Positions 13,001 through 23,379 of a stretch of DNA of 36,625 nucleotides are shown in pieces. Origin of the DNA: Phoronis australis (taxonomy: Eukaryota; Animalia; Phoronida); NCBI GenBank assembly GCA_002633005.1, contig NMRA01000667.1, positions 118,911-155,535 of the forward strand. Reading direction: 5' to 3'. Position 1 is the stretch's first letter, and each line of letters begins with the position of its first letter. A model generated the notes under the pieces. The model made no database searches and had not been told where the DNA came from. It was given only the letters and a program-made list of their open reading frames with translations. Position numbers and translations under genes: made by a program.

Positions 13001-16000
13001 GACTTTTAATTAGCATGGTGTAGGATCGTCTTTTTGTTTGAGGTGATTCTTCAACTTTCAGGTTTCTCGTGGGAGGTACACAACTACCGACTGTTTCACT
13101 TGATCTTTGTTATCAGCGCAGAAATACACAAGACTGGTGGGAAAAGTAAGTAGACAGATTGTCCGTTGCATTTTGATTTCACATTCTCAGTCATTTAGAC
13201 CATTATATGCCATTTAAGTCCAGCTTCTAATTGTTATGTTTCAAATCTTCGTATCCAGTGGAAACAATATCAACCTCACATCAGTAACAAGTGAATAAAC
13301 GAGTGTTCCGCGTTAAAATTAGTTACTTTAAAGGATTTGTACGTCAAAATTAACTCAAATTTTATGAATATCATTGTTTATTCAAGTTTTGTTGTCAATA
13401 CCAAAATGATTAATTTATACATTTGGGACAGTGCCCGAAGCAGAAGCATACGTCAGAGCCTTCCACGCAGATGTCCAGGGAATACGCGATGATATTAGAT
13501 GGCTCACCCAGGAATTATTCTCCGGAGTCCCTGTGCTTGAAGGCAAGCTAATATTTTGTACTATGCATTGCATTCTGTCGCGTCAATGGTGATTCTAACC
13601 ACTCACCAGACATAAAACATGCAACGGAAGTAATGAGCATTATAGGTGTCAACGTAAGCCTATCGTTGACTCTCATATTTTGAACACTCCGAATGGCCAC
13701 TCATTAACTTTTTCCAGTGGCGGCCATTTTGGTAGTGTACCAAAGCACGTTAAATCTGATCGAAAGATAATTGCTTGTCTTGCATACACGCTAGTACAGG
13801 TACGAGCTTACTCGATACAACAGAGAACCTCTGGGTACTCACGTGCGACTTTATGGGAACACAAGCTGCTGGTATTGTTGAACGCTCCCTGAGAGTGAGA
13901 TTGTTTCAGATCTTGACCACAATGCCGGAAAAAGGGCCTTGGGTTCTGAAATGCTGCCCTGTTTCACTGGGCGTACTCAAATTGATAAGTTGTACCAGAG
14001 AATCAAACGACAGGTGGCCATAATGTTTTTAAACTTGCTACAAATGTGAGGCTTTATAACTATTGACAGGTTCAACGCTTCCTTTCTAGGCAAACTGCCA
14101 CGCCCCGTCGAAGTTGTCAAACAGGTAGCCGCCATTGACTACATGACTGATAAGATATGGAGGGAGGTCGGTGCGCTCACCCACAGCGTTTATGCCTTGT
14201 ATGGTAAGTTATAAGTGTAACATGGCTCACTTAGTTTTTGGAAACCTGTTTCATTAAAGGACTTTTTAAATTTTATTTTAAGGTTATGTGTAACCACAGA
14301 AAAGTGTTGAATCCCGACTCCGTATATCAGAAATGACTGATTGAATCCCAATCCGTGGCAGATTGATATAAAGTCTGAAATTAAACTCTACAGGCGCTCT
14401 GCAATGTATACCTTAAATTTTTGACAGTTATTTAGATGCGCAGACTTGCCGACAAAGCTACGACATGTTTTGTTAAATGCACCATAAATAATACCTCCGT
14501 ATCTAAAACAGGTTTTGTTTTAGATCACTTACCGTTATGAAATTGGTTTCAAAGTATCCCTTTGTCAAAGTAGATATGATCTTCTGGCCTGGAAAAAAAT
14601 GAGTTATTTCTCGAGACCAGTTTCTACAAGTTGATTCGTCACAGCGTGTCATTTTATTCGCCGAACATGGTCTTCACCAATGACGATCTTTCTTTTCTTT
14701 GCAAGACAAAATTCACCTCGTACGTGTACGTGGAAATACATTCATGTACAATTTCGTGTTTAGTTGGACGCTTGTGACCCAAAACGAAAATAGCTCGATT
14801 TAGAGACTTCGCCACAGATTGTCAAACATCGACCAATCGAAGTTATTTTATGTTTATGACGTCAGGGGCACGCCCCTTTAAGGTATTCACGTTTGTCAAT
14901 ATACAACTTTTATATGAAACAAATCTCTTATGAGCCAGACAGGCTATGTGGTACGTACGTGCTTCGTTGTTTCTTGCCTCAATCAGGCTTGCGGTGTGTG
15001 CCACATCTCTATCTTAGTATTTTAATGGGATTTTAAGAGGATTCGGGTCTCACTCTTATATGATCACAACGGCTCTGGCGACCACGATGCTTAGATTGAT
15101 CGTACTACTGCAAAAAACCGACAAGGGATAATCTGAGGCTACGAAAATACCCGCGGTGTTCCTGAGAGGAGCCACAGTTGTAAAGCAAGAGTTAAGCCAA
15201 GTGCGAGTTACGCAACGTTCAACTCGCACCTTCTGTCAGGTTGTGCAAGGTTGTGGGGAAAATATATTTCTGTAAGAACAGAATTTGCGTTGCGTGAGAA
15301 AAGAAAGTACATGTATGTCAAGAGAAAAATTGAATGTATTAGAAAATGTCTCTTTTAATTTGAATGGGCGATCGTAGTATTCAGGTCGAAAACTGATTCG
15401 AATATTTTCCGAAAGATACGTAACATTTCGGGTATTTTCGCAGTCTCAATCTCATCCAGAACAACTCGGGCATTTTCGTAGCTTCAGACAATCCCTTGGT
15501 GTTTGATATCTGCTGGTGTACGAACTTCAGTGATAGCTTTAAGTCTAAGGTACCGGCATATCCCTTGGATAACAGCCTCAAAGTGGAACTTGCAGGCTAA
15601 TTCCTTATCTCTCCTGGACAAATTAGAAACAAATAATATAGCGATAATGTGAATATGAAGTAGGTTAAAAATTGTTGAAGAACTTGTTTTGTGGCAAAAA
15701 TGATCCAGTGCAAATCACGGCCAAACGAACTTCACCATATTCCAACCAACGTCCAAAATTGTCCACATGCTTGAATACGTTGGACCTATTCGTAGAATGA
15801 CGGCGTCTTTACGAAAATACAACATTTCAGTGTATCTACCAACGACTGACGAAGCAACAACGGAAGCAGGCACTGCCAAACCTACCGCACCACCCGCAAA
15901 AGAGCGGGTTCTGTTGGAGTTGCGTTCCCTGTTGGAGGAACTTTCTGCTCTCAAACGCTCACACTCCGGAGACGTTGCAAATGCTTTGGAAAAGGTAATA

Positions 16001-16470
16001 AAACTTTTGCATATTCAGGCAATATAGCAATTGGATGATATAATACGAACTGACCAAGCCATTTTTATTTTGTTTTCTTCTATACCAGTAACCTATATCC
16101 GGATAGCAGAAGGTCCAGGGTTCGAGTTCCTGTCGGGGGCAGAATTCTTTTCGAACTTATGTTCATTAGGTCACGTGATGTGGCCAATGGAATCTTACCG
16201 GTTTGAGAGGACGAACACATTAGCTGCTTGCTTATGACATCAACCTTTGTTGTCAACTTATTGCTTTCATAATTTTTTTCGTATGATAATTTCGGTATTT
16301 TGAACTCTTCAAATGGACTAAAAGTAGGCCTACACTTTGTGACCTTTTGTAAGATCTGCTTTGACAATCTTCATATACATTTTTTCTTGGTAGTGGCTCG
16401 GCGAAGCAGTGACTTTTTATCTATTCAACAGGCGAACAAAAAAGAGGGCTTCCATAGCCTGAAAGATTAG
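7000..16470 (+). CDS. Gene 1: 9-exon gene for an uncharacterised 451-aa secreted pro-protein
   Basis: Exons 7000-7047, 8495-9047, 11736-11861, 12663-12779, 13062-13145, 13432-13542, 14090-14203, 15831-15994, 16432-16470 join in frame without stops (1356 nt). All introns are GT-AG except intron 6 (GC-AG); phases are compatible; signal peptide MKLSLVALCLVCVLALCSA; AATAAA at 16713. Confidence 0.8.
8495..9047 (+). CDS. Gene 1 exon 2 (D/E/K/G-rich pro-region with GKE repeat)
   Basis: Acceptor ctcttgtag|; CSARLDLGKEG...EEKKASWKYS; donor C|GTGAGT, phase 1; same frame as ORF 8555-9094. Confidence 0.85.
8879..8980 (+). repeat. Coding 18-bp tandem repeat (GGCAAGGAAGGTAAAGAA), ~5.7 units
   Basis: Units start at 8879, 8897, 8915, 8933, 8951, 8969; encodes (GKE)9-GQE-GTE-G. 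Confidence 0.95.
10516..10750. mobile_element. hAT-like MITE, family B, 5-bp TSD, in intron 2 of gene 1
   Basis: TIR CATGCGCGCATCCAG / CTGGTTGCGCGCATG (14/15 match); ATTTG on both flanks (10511-10515, 10751-10755). Confidence 0.8.
11736..11861 (+). CDS. Gene 1 exon 3
   Basis: Acceptor ccttctttttcag|; (P)VTPELLHNATKALLEAWPRVLEIFDAADKETIELLYSSDTT; donor A|GTACGC; 126 nt, phase 1-1. Confidence 0.8.
12663..12779 (+). CDS. Gene 1 exon 4
   Basis: Acceptor tccttttcag|; (K)NDTIEALGGLLKALHESSGASLNAYLHLKFFLNKMVTS; donor G|GTAAGT; 117 nt, phase 1-1. Confidence 0.8.
13062..13145 (+). CDS. Gene 1 exon 5
   Basis: Acceptor caactttcag|; (G)FSWEVHNYRLFHLIFVISAEIHKTGGK; donor A|GTAAGT; 84 nt, phase 1-1. Confidence 0.75.
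13432..13542 (+). CDS. Gene 1 exon 6 (GC donor)
   Basis: Acceptor ggacag|; (M)PEAEAYVRAFHADVQGIRDDIRWLTQELFSGVPVLE; donor AAG|GCAAGC; 111 nt, phase 1-1. Confidence 0.7.
14090..14203 (+). CDS. Gene 1 exon 7
   Basis: Acceptor cttcctttctag|; (G)KLPRPVEVVKQVAAIDYMTDKIWREVGALTHSVYALY; donor G|GTAAGT; 114 nt, phase 1-1. Confidence 0.8.
15090..15549. mobile_element. Degenerate inverted-repeat element (probable MITE) in intron 7
   Basis: caagggataatctgaggctacgaaaatacccg (15122-15153) pairs with cgggcattttcgtagcttcagacaatcccttg (15467-15498); weaker pairing extends outward; exact ends uncertain. Confidence 0.55.
15831..15994 (+). CDS. Gene 1 exon 8
   Basis: Acceptor catttcag|; (V)YLPTTDEATTEAGTAKPTAPPAKERVLLELRSLLEELSALKRSHSGDVANALEK; donor AAG|GTAATA, phase 0. 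Confidence 0.8.
16100..16155 (+). mobile_element. Possible tRNA-derived SINE head remnant
   Basis: B-box-like GGTTCGAGTTCC at 16119-16130; no full cloverleaf. Confidence 0.3.
16432..16470 (+). CDS. Gene 1 exon 9 (terminal)
   Basis: Acceptor tttttatctattcaacag|; ANKKEGFHSLKD*. Confidence 0.7.
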   Translation, partial: ANKKEGFHSLKD

Positions 16471-16712
16471 GAAATGAGCCGGAAGCGCCGCAGCATACTT
16501 CGCAAGATGATGAAAGCTAACCTGAAGTAAATGATTAGTGGGAAAAACGCATGGCCGCTAGAATGGATCTCGCGTTCGGATGCGAGAGATTACCGAAAAC
16601 GCCCTACAACACTGATGATGTTAAAACAAGTCAATCGGAATTAAATATCAATTTTGAACGATTCAGCGATCTGTTAACATCGTGTGATTTAGTATAACAT
16701 TCACTTTAGAAA

Positions 16713-16718
16713 AATAAA
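16713..16718 (+). terminator. Candidate polyadenylation signal of gene 1
   Basis: First AATAAA seen downstream of the stop at 16470. Confidence 0.45.
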
Positions 16719-19044
16719 TATTTTCAAATTATCAGACGTTTCTCATGGTGTCGACTATAAGTTAAAAATTCTACGAACATTGATGTTTCTGATATAGAAC
16801 ACTTAGAACACGTCCCTTTAAAAGGTTTTGACCTATTAACGGATAATAAAACAGTTCAGTGAAACGAAATAATGCTCTGTCACCCATCAAAAGTTTGGAT
16901 GAAAATTTTAAAACACCTCTCAAAGTCTGCTAAAGGGCAAGCGTGACCCGCTTTTAGCCAATTACTCGGCAATTGTGGGAAAAGACCATCCACCAAGGAC
17001 CATAATGTTCAATTTGTGAAATCGGGGGTACGAGTTTTCAGTCGATTCCATCTTTTATTTTTCAAGATTGAAGCCAATGATGTATTAGCAGGTGACAATT
17101 AAAAAGAGGATTGTTTGATATCAAAACAACCTTCAACGGAATTTTGTTATTTTAGATCTGTATTGGGCTAACCAGATAATCCTAGCAAAGCCTAAGCAAA
17201 ATAAGAAAACGGCCAGACAAATGTAGGCCGTCAAATGATAAGTGAAGCTGCCTTTCCTGGCCATGTTGTGTCACCGCAAGATCCCAGGCAAAACAACAAA
17301 AGACCGATAATAATTGTATTGAAAAGGGGTCTGAATAGGACACCATTGCGTGCGGATGTTATTCGCACCTGTTTGAATTAAAAGGTGATTCTCGCTGTGA
17401 CGTAGGCTAAAGCAAGCCAGTACCCCTACATTTTACAATTTATAGCACTAGAGGACTCGGATCGATGCTCTTAACATACTGTAGGAACCAAATTTACAGG
17501 TGTTACCGTTTAAGATACGCTTTAAACGAAAGATGCTTTTTGATTCCTTTTTTGTTCGCTCACACATATGTGTGAGTGTGGGAGCATATACCACTAGTCG
17601 GTTCGTGTCGCTTGCGTCCGACGTCAGCTGCCGGATCTTCAAAATCCCTCTATGGGTGTTGCAGACAAGTTCCTGATATGAATGGGACGATACAAACAAA
17701 ATTTCGGACGGATTCGACCACTGTCATGCCTTCTAGTGGCGAGGCTGTTATTTCCCGTATCTAGACCACTATACTCCAAATCCCACGAGGAGTCAGGTAG
17801 AGAATGAGAGGACATGTTATAATCTATTTAGTACGTACGTAATTTCTTGATATTACATGGGCGAATGACAAATTAGTGCAAAGCAGAAATTCGAACACCA
17901 TACATTTTACCGCCTGAAAAACAATAATAATTACAACCAAACAATGCCGGATGATCTGTGAGGGTGACAAGGTTAGCCTAAAAATGACATCCAAAGCAGT
18001 AGCATCATGTTCATACCCCCAGTCGGAAGTACTTGCAAACAAACCAAAACTGTCTCATCTTCGGCGGCGAAATCCGTATCCGCAGAGACGAACCCCAACT
18101 CGAGAAACCCACGCGGAGTGCAGTTCTCTCCTTGGTGAGACTGACTAGATGTGCTGTCTCAAGGTCAATTCAGTGCTCACGCGCGAGGAAGCCCTGCTGA
18201 TTGTTATTTCTAAACACTTGCTAAATTTTAATGTCACAACTTCAAAGAGTTTTTATTAGATTCTAACTTGAACGTTTGTTACGAAAGTTAAATGCAGTTT
18301 ACAATAAAATTATTAATAAAAAGTAACTAGATTTACTTTACAAGCGCAAGCGTATTTTTATAAAAGCTGTGTCGTGTGGTTGAAAGTTTTAGACCCCTCG
18401 AGTTTTTCGGCAAAAAGATCGTTTTTACGGTTCATGTGAGAAAACAAATCCTACACTCGTCTCATATTTATGACATGGTCAAAACGTCTTGGAAATTTCG
18501 TCAAAATCCCGAGGCATTTGACAAAATTTCCAGAAGGTTTTGTCCATGCCATGAACCTGAGACTTGTGTAGGATTCTGTATCAGTCATTCCCCCTGGCTG
18601 ATAACGGTTTGTCGGGAAAATGAGATGGGCATGCTGCCAAGACGATCGCGTGTGTGGTGTAATCCACTAGCACTGTGCTGCATAGGGATGACTGACGTCA
18701 AAAGCAAGGAACATCTAATCAATCTTACTCGAAAATAACCCATAAAACATGTTTTTCGGCAGCAAAACCGAATGTGTACATTTATGGCAATGACCAACTT
18801 GGAAGTAGTCTTGAGGTCTTTGAAAAATGATGCGGATGTGTACTTTTTCATAAATGATGCATTTGCATACCAGAACCAAATACTGTGTTGGCCTAACCTG
18901 GGCTGAGTTCTACAGATAAAGAATCTCGTTAGTAAAGCTATTGTGATCTCATGCTTTGATTGTCTTATATGGCGACGTCTTTCGCGAGTGTTATGTGTCG
19001 TCTACTGAGCTGGCTCCTATTGTGTTACTGGCTGCATCAAGAAT

Positions 19045-19499
19045 CAGTGGCGGATCTACGGGGGGGGGGGTTCAGGGGNNNNNNNNNNNNNNNNNNNNNN
19101 NNNNNNNNNNNNNNNNNNNNNNNNNNNNNNNNNNNNNNNNNNNNNNNNNNNNNNNNNNNNNNNNNNNNNNNNNNNNNNNNNNNNNNNNNNNNNNNNNNNN
19201 NNNNNNNNNNNNNNNNNNNNNNNNNNNNNNNNNNNNNNNNNNNNNNNNNNNNNNNNNNNNNNNNNNNNNNNNNNNNNNNNNNNNNNNNNNNNNNNNNNNN
19301 NNNNNNNNNNNNNNNNNNNNNNNNNNNNNNNGGGGGGGTTCACTCTGAAAATATATTTTTTGCATTGTGAATTGCTGTTATGAAAATCAACGCGTTTCGA
19401 GTCTTCGTGGCTCATCGACAAAACCCCGGAGATCAATTGTGCGCGCGCTTCCGACGACACTTCTGAAGTAGCCAAGCATTTTAGATGGATCCACCGCTG
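19045..19499. mobile_element. hAT-like MITE spanning an assembly gap
   Basis: Ends CAGTGGCGGATCT / GGATCCACCGCTG with G-runs; N gap at 19079-19331; no matching TSD found. Confidence 0.55.
19079..19331. other. Assembly gap (N run)
   Basis: Directly visible; a second gap at 33512-33555 and single Ns at 3905, 32306, 34742. Confidence 0.99.
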
Positions 19500-20355
19500 A
19501 AAGAGCAGCTCTATAGCTGATTTCTTTAGATAACTAGCTTCTTTACTCTAAGATATGTTTTGATTTGATTAGGGAAATACTGTGGTGCCCCAACCCTGAT
19601 ATTCAGGCGAATTGACGTGCAACGTTTTTACCTCATCTGTCATGCCGTGTCATCGTATTACACCCCACACGTTTGAAACTCGAATTTGAGTGGTGTACAG
19701 TAAAGTTGTCTTGCGCAATATCATACGGTGTACATGTACATGTAATACTTTTGAAAAAAACTTGTTTTCCGAAGAATTGCTATTGTGGCGGGCGCCGTGG
19801 TCTGGTCGCGAGTCTGTTTGAAGATGCACTCTAACAAGTTTTGTCTATACAAGGAATGACCAAGGGGGCACTCACATTGACAAAGTGACCGCATTCGCGA
19901 ACAGTTTACAGTACCAGAAATTGCGGGGAGCCTGTATTTTCACAACAAAGTCTTGCGGGACTCGTGCGATGTTCAATGGGCCTCCTAAGGAGCCCTAGTG
20001 CCGACCTCAACACCTACCGTCTTTCTACCTGCAATAAGCACCACTGCCGTTTTCTATACTGGGAATTTCCGCAGAAAGGCCCAACCGACGAAACGCCCAT
20101 GCCCATGGGCATTTATTCAGTGATGTTAGTACTTCGGGTTTCAAGCGTTCAGACAATTGGGACGTTTATTTCGAAAATTGCAAGAGATGCAAATGGGTCC
20201 TGGGATACATCGTCAAGGTTTGAAGTAGTCCATGATGAACGGATCAAATTTAGTTGCGCATGCTTTAAGTCTTTTGAGTGGACTTGGTAACCTCAGGGGG
20301 CTTAGTGCCAACTGAGCTGCGAAACGAGATGCTGACATTGTAGAGGCGTACAACC

Positions 20356-23333
20356 TCATTGACACAGTAGTTGAGAACAAACGTCGAAGATGTCTGGGTA
20401 GAATGGTTCCAAGAGCAGCAAACCATTGGATCCGATGTACAGATTCCTCGGCAGTCTAATCAACTGAAAGATAGGACCAACGTTCCTGGAGAAACACCCA
20501 GGTAATAAGTTATAATTATACACAGTTTGTAATAATGTCGGTTTTTTATGCCTGTTTACAATGAAAACGAAATAGTAATAATTTTTAGACATGCCAAATT
20601 TACCCCGCCTGTACAGCAGAATGTCTATGATCGCACAGAAACTGATTCTGGTTTGTATTTCCACTTGAATATCTGCTTCATATCCAAAATCCTATTTCAC
20701 GTAGTGCGTAGTTAAATCTGTACTCAATACTTGTTTCTTCCAGTGAGTACTACAGAACGGTGTAAACTACACGTATGAGCAACCACTGGGGATTAAAAGT
20801 GTCTAGAGAGAAGTTTTCAATTTTTTTGCAAAGTACGCTTTAGGTCTCGCGACGGACCAGGCCAGCTTGATTTGTGTAGATATCGAGTTTCAGTGCACTT
20901 CTGGTCCCTCGTTGAACTAGTCTTGTGATGTTTTTTTACCAAAGTGTGCCTATTTAAACTATTTATCTTAGCCACCAGCACTGTTTGGTCCCGCGACAGA
21001 TCGACTATTTTTTATAGGGATAATAAGCACAGCTGTACTTTTGGTCTCGTGACGGACCAGGCCAGAGTGTTTGTGTACTGACTCAGTTTTGCATCCGGTC
21101 CCTCTGTGAACTGCTCCTGTATAGTTTTTCACCACAATGTAAGCCTACAAAGTGTTTTGGTTTCGTGAAACTGTTTTCAGATGATTTGTTTCCTGATACA
21201 TTTGACGTTTTTCAATTGTTATCAACGTGATTCAGCTTAATAAAGTGATACTTAATTGTTTATTGTCGCTTTTAATAATAGACTACGAGCTGAGAACACC
21301 ACCGTTCGCCAGTTTTTCTCGTAACGAGACAAAACACATGTTTATTTCCGAACTAACAGTACAGGTCTTCATTCTTAAACAGCTTGAGGCTTTTGCGATC
21401 ATCTGGTATTCAAGTTTTTACGCCCCGTCGGTGCTCCTTATACTCTTAGATATTTGGTAGTTGTCTAAACCCCTGTATACACACCACACTTTTTTGTATG
21501 CTAAAAAGGTGTGTGTAAGCAGATGTTCCAACAAAAATTTTTGCTGGTGGTGTGACTCATACCCAGATGTGCACAAATGGGGTTTCACGAAACTTATGAA
21601 TCAAGTTTATGTGACGAAATCGAGAAGGGTTCTTAATTATCTTAAGAAAAACACCAGGGACAAGATTAGAAAAGCGTAGACAGTGCTGTCGAGTCGACCT
21701 AGTCAGAGACTATAGTGCATGTGTTGTCTGTAATCTATGACCTATATTACTCCAGGAGTCCCACCAGGCGTGCGTTCAGTAGACGCTAGGACCTACGCTA
21801 GGACCTAGCCAAAAGCTAGTCAAGGTCACGTGCTCTTATTTACAATACACGGCAATATCTCTCGTAATCTCGCAAAGTCTTGCTTTTAAGCTAGGTCCTA
21901 GCGTTACTGAACGGGAGGCTGTTGTGACCTACTTTTTATTTGGCGAAATTTAGCAGACGACAGAATAAAAATATCGTTGAATTTTCACTGATTTTATTCG
22001 AAAGATCATGAAATCTATGGAATCGTACAGATAATTCGACTTTAAGGTACATACCCAGCTTTACATGAACATATCGTATCAGTGGCCTTGTCATTTGTCA
22101 GGTGAAGGTGGCCCCGAGGCAGAGGGTTTCGGACTTTCGCTGGCTCCTCGAGCCATTTTTTCATCGTTACCTTTACAAATTCCCATATCATGAACGTACG
22201 ATTCTCTGTTGAAAAGCATCGCCTCTTGTCTCTGTCGAAGCGTATTCAAATAGTGCAAAAACACTCATCCATTCCACCAGGAACGTCGTTTAGCGATAGT
22301 GAATTTGCCTCTGACATCTCGTTCGAATGTCGGGTATCACGTGACTTTTCGCATAGGGGCGGAGCTTGCGATAGGTCGATTATTTGTGGCCCTACTATAG
22401 ACCTCTTGAGAACAGTTTTAGGCAACATGGCTCATGTACTTATGAACAGACTCACGGCACACGGACCTAAACTTAGGTTCATTGACTCTGAACGCTTTTA
22501 CGCATTCATACAAAAGGATAGGCTCCCAATCTCACATCTACTAAAAAGCTCGGCACCTGTAAACGTGGCTAACGGATTCTTCATTGCCCATCCATGTGTT
22601 TGTTAGTAAATTTCAGTTAGGCAAAAATCCACTAATTAACTTTCGCTATTCGAGTTATTTAACAGTATACTTCACTGTATATTACACTGTTGGCTTATAA
22701 TTGGCAAAATCAAATGTGTATTGAAGTGTTAGTCGATATTCGTAGATACATACAATAAATTGAACACGTAAAGCATAAACGATTGAGCCATTGCAAGTTA
22801 CAAAAACTGATGACGAGAAAAATCCGTGACATGTTGACCCCGTCGCATGGCACGCACTGCGTACCTACCGAAGCTGCTACAGGGAGCTACCTCATGAACA
22901 GTCTACGACACGGTCACACAAAACTTCCACCGCCTGAGATTGCGGAAGAAAGATTGTCAGATTGCCCGGCAGTTGAAGTAATATCGGTAGAATATCGTAA
23001 GCGACGGCAGGTGAATGCGTCAAAAATCAGCAAACGCTACTACTGATCCAATAAAAAATTTCCCCATCTTATTAAGCACCGGCCTATATCTCAATCGGTG
23101 GGATCGGCAGGGCAACGCCTGATATGTGACCAATTGGCATTATAGGCATAGCTTTCGATGGACCTAATGTAAATGTGCGTGTAAAAGTGATTTGGTTTTC
23201 AGATTGACAACGAGACGGATGGCTTAACTTTTAGACTGATGAATAATTACGCTACCGAAAAAATCTCACCCGATCGATACCAAGCAAAAGTAACGGGCAC
23301 CAAGGCCATCAGCATAACAACGACAAGCTTCAT
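20356..23333 (-). CDS. Gene 2 candidate: small secreted protein (114 aa in one possible splicing) or pseudogene
   Basis: Well-supported signal-peptide exon 23333-23270 (aagATG MKLVVVMLMALVPVTFAWYRS, donor G|GTGAGA). Phase-compatible but tentative exons 22205-22055 and 20485-20356. No family recognised. Confidence 0.35.
20838..21147. repeat. Degenerate direct repeat, ~200-bp period
   Basis: ggtctcg(c/t)gacggaccaggccag...ggtccctc..tgaact..gccta at ~20840-20952 and ~21040-21147. Confidence 0.65.
21766..21920. mobile_element. MITE, family C copy 1
   Basis: IR cgttcagta(g)acgctaggaccta / taggtcctagcgttactgaacg; inverted partial homolog at 24817-24928. Confidence 0.6.
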
Positions 23334-23379
23334 CTTCCTTCTGAGGCTATTACCAGAATGTTTCTGAATTGTAGTTCTT

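Noticed and set aside
18956-19475. Four ORFs of 97-139 aa
   Set aside because: Artefacts of translating through the N gap.
20678-20680. Selenocysteine TGA in a candidate gene 2 exon
   Set aside because: The exon itself is unproven, the context is not a redox motif and no SECIS could be identified; a nonsense codon or non-coding DNA is simpler.
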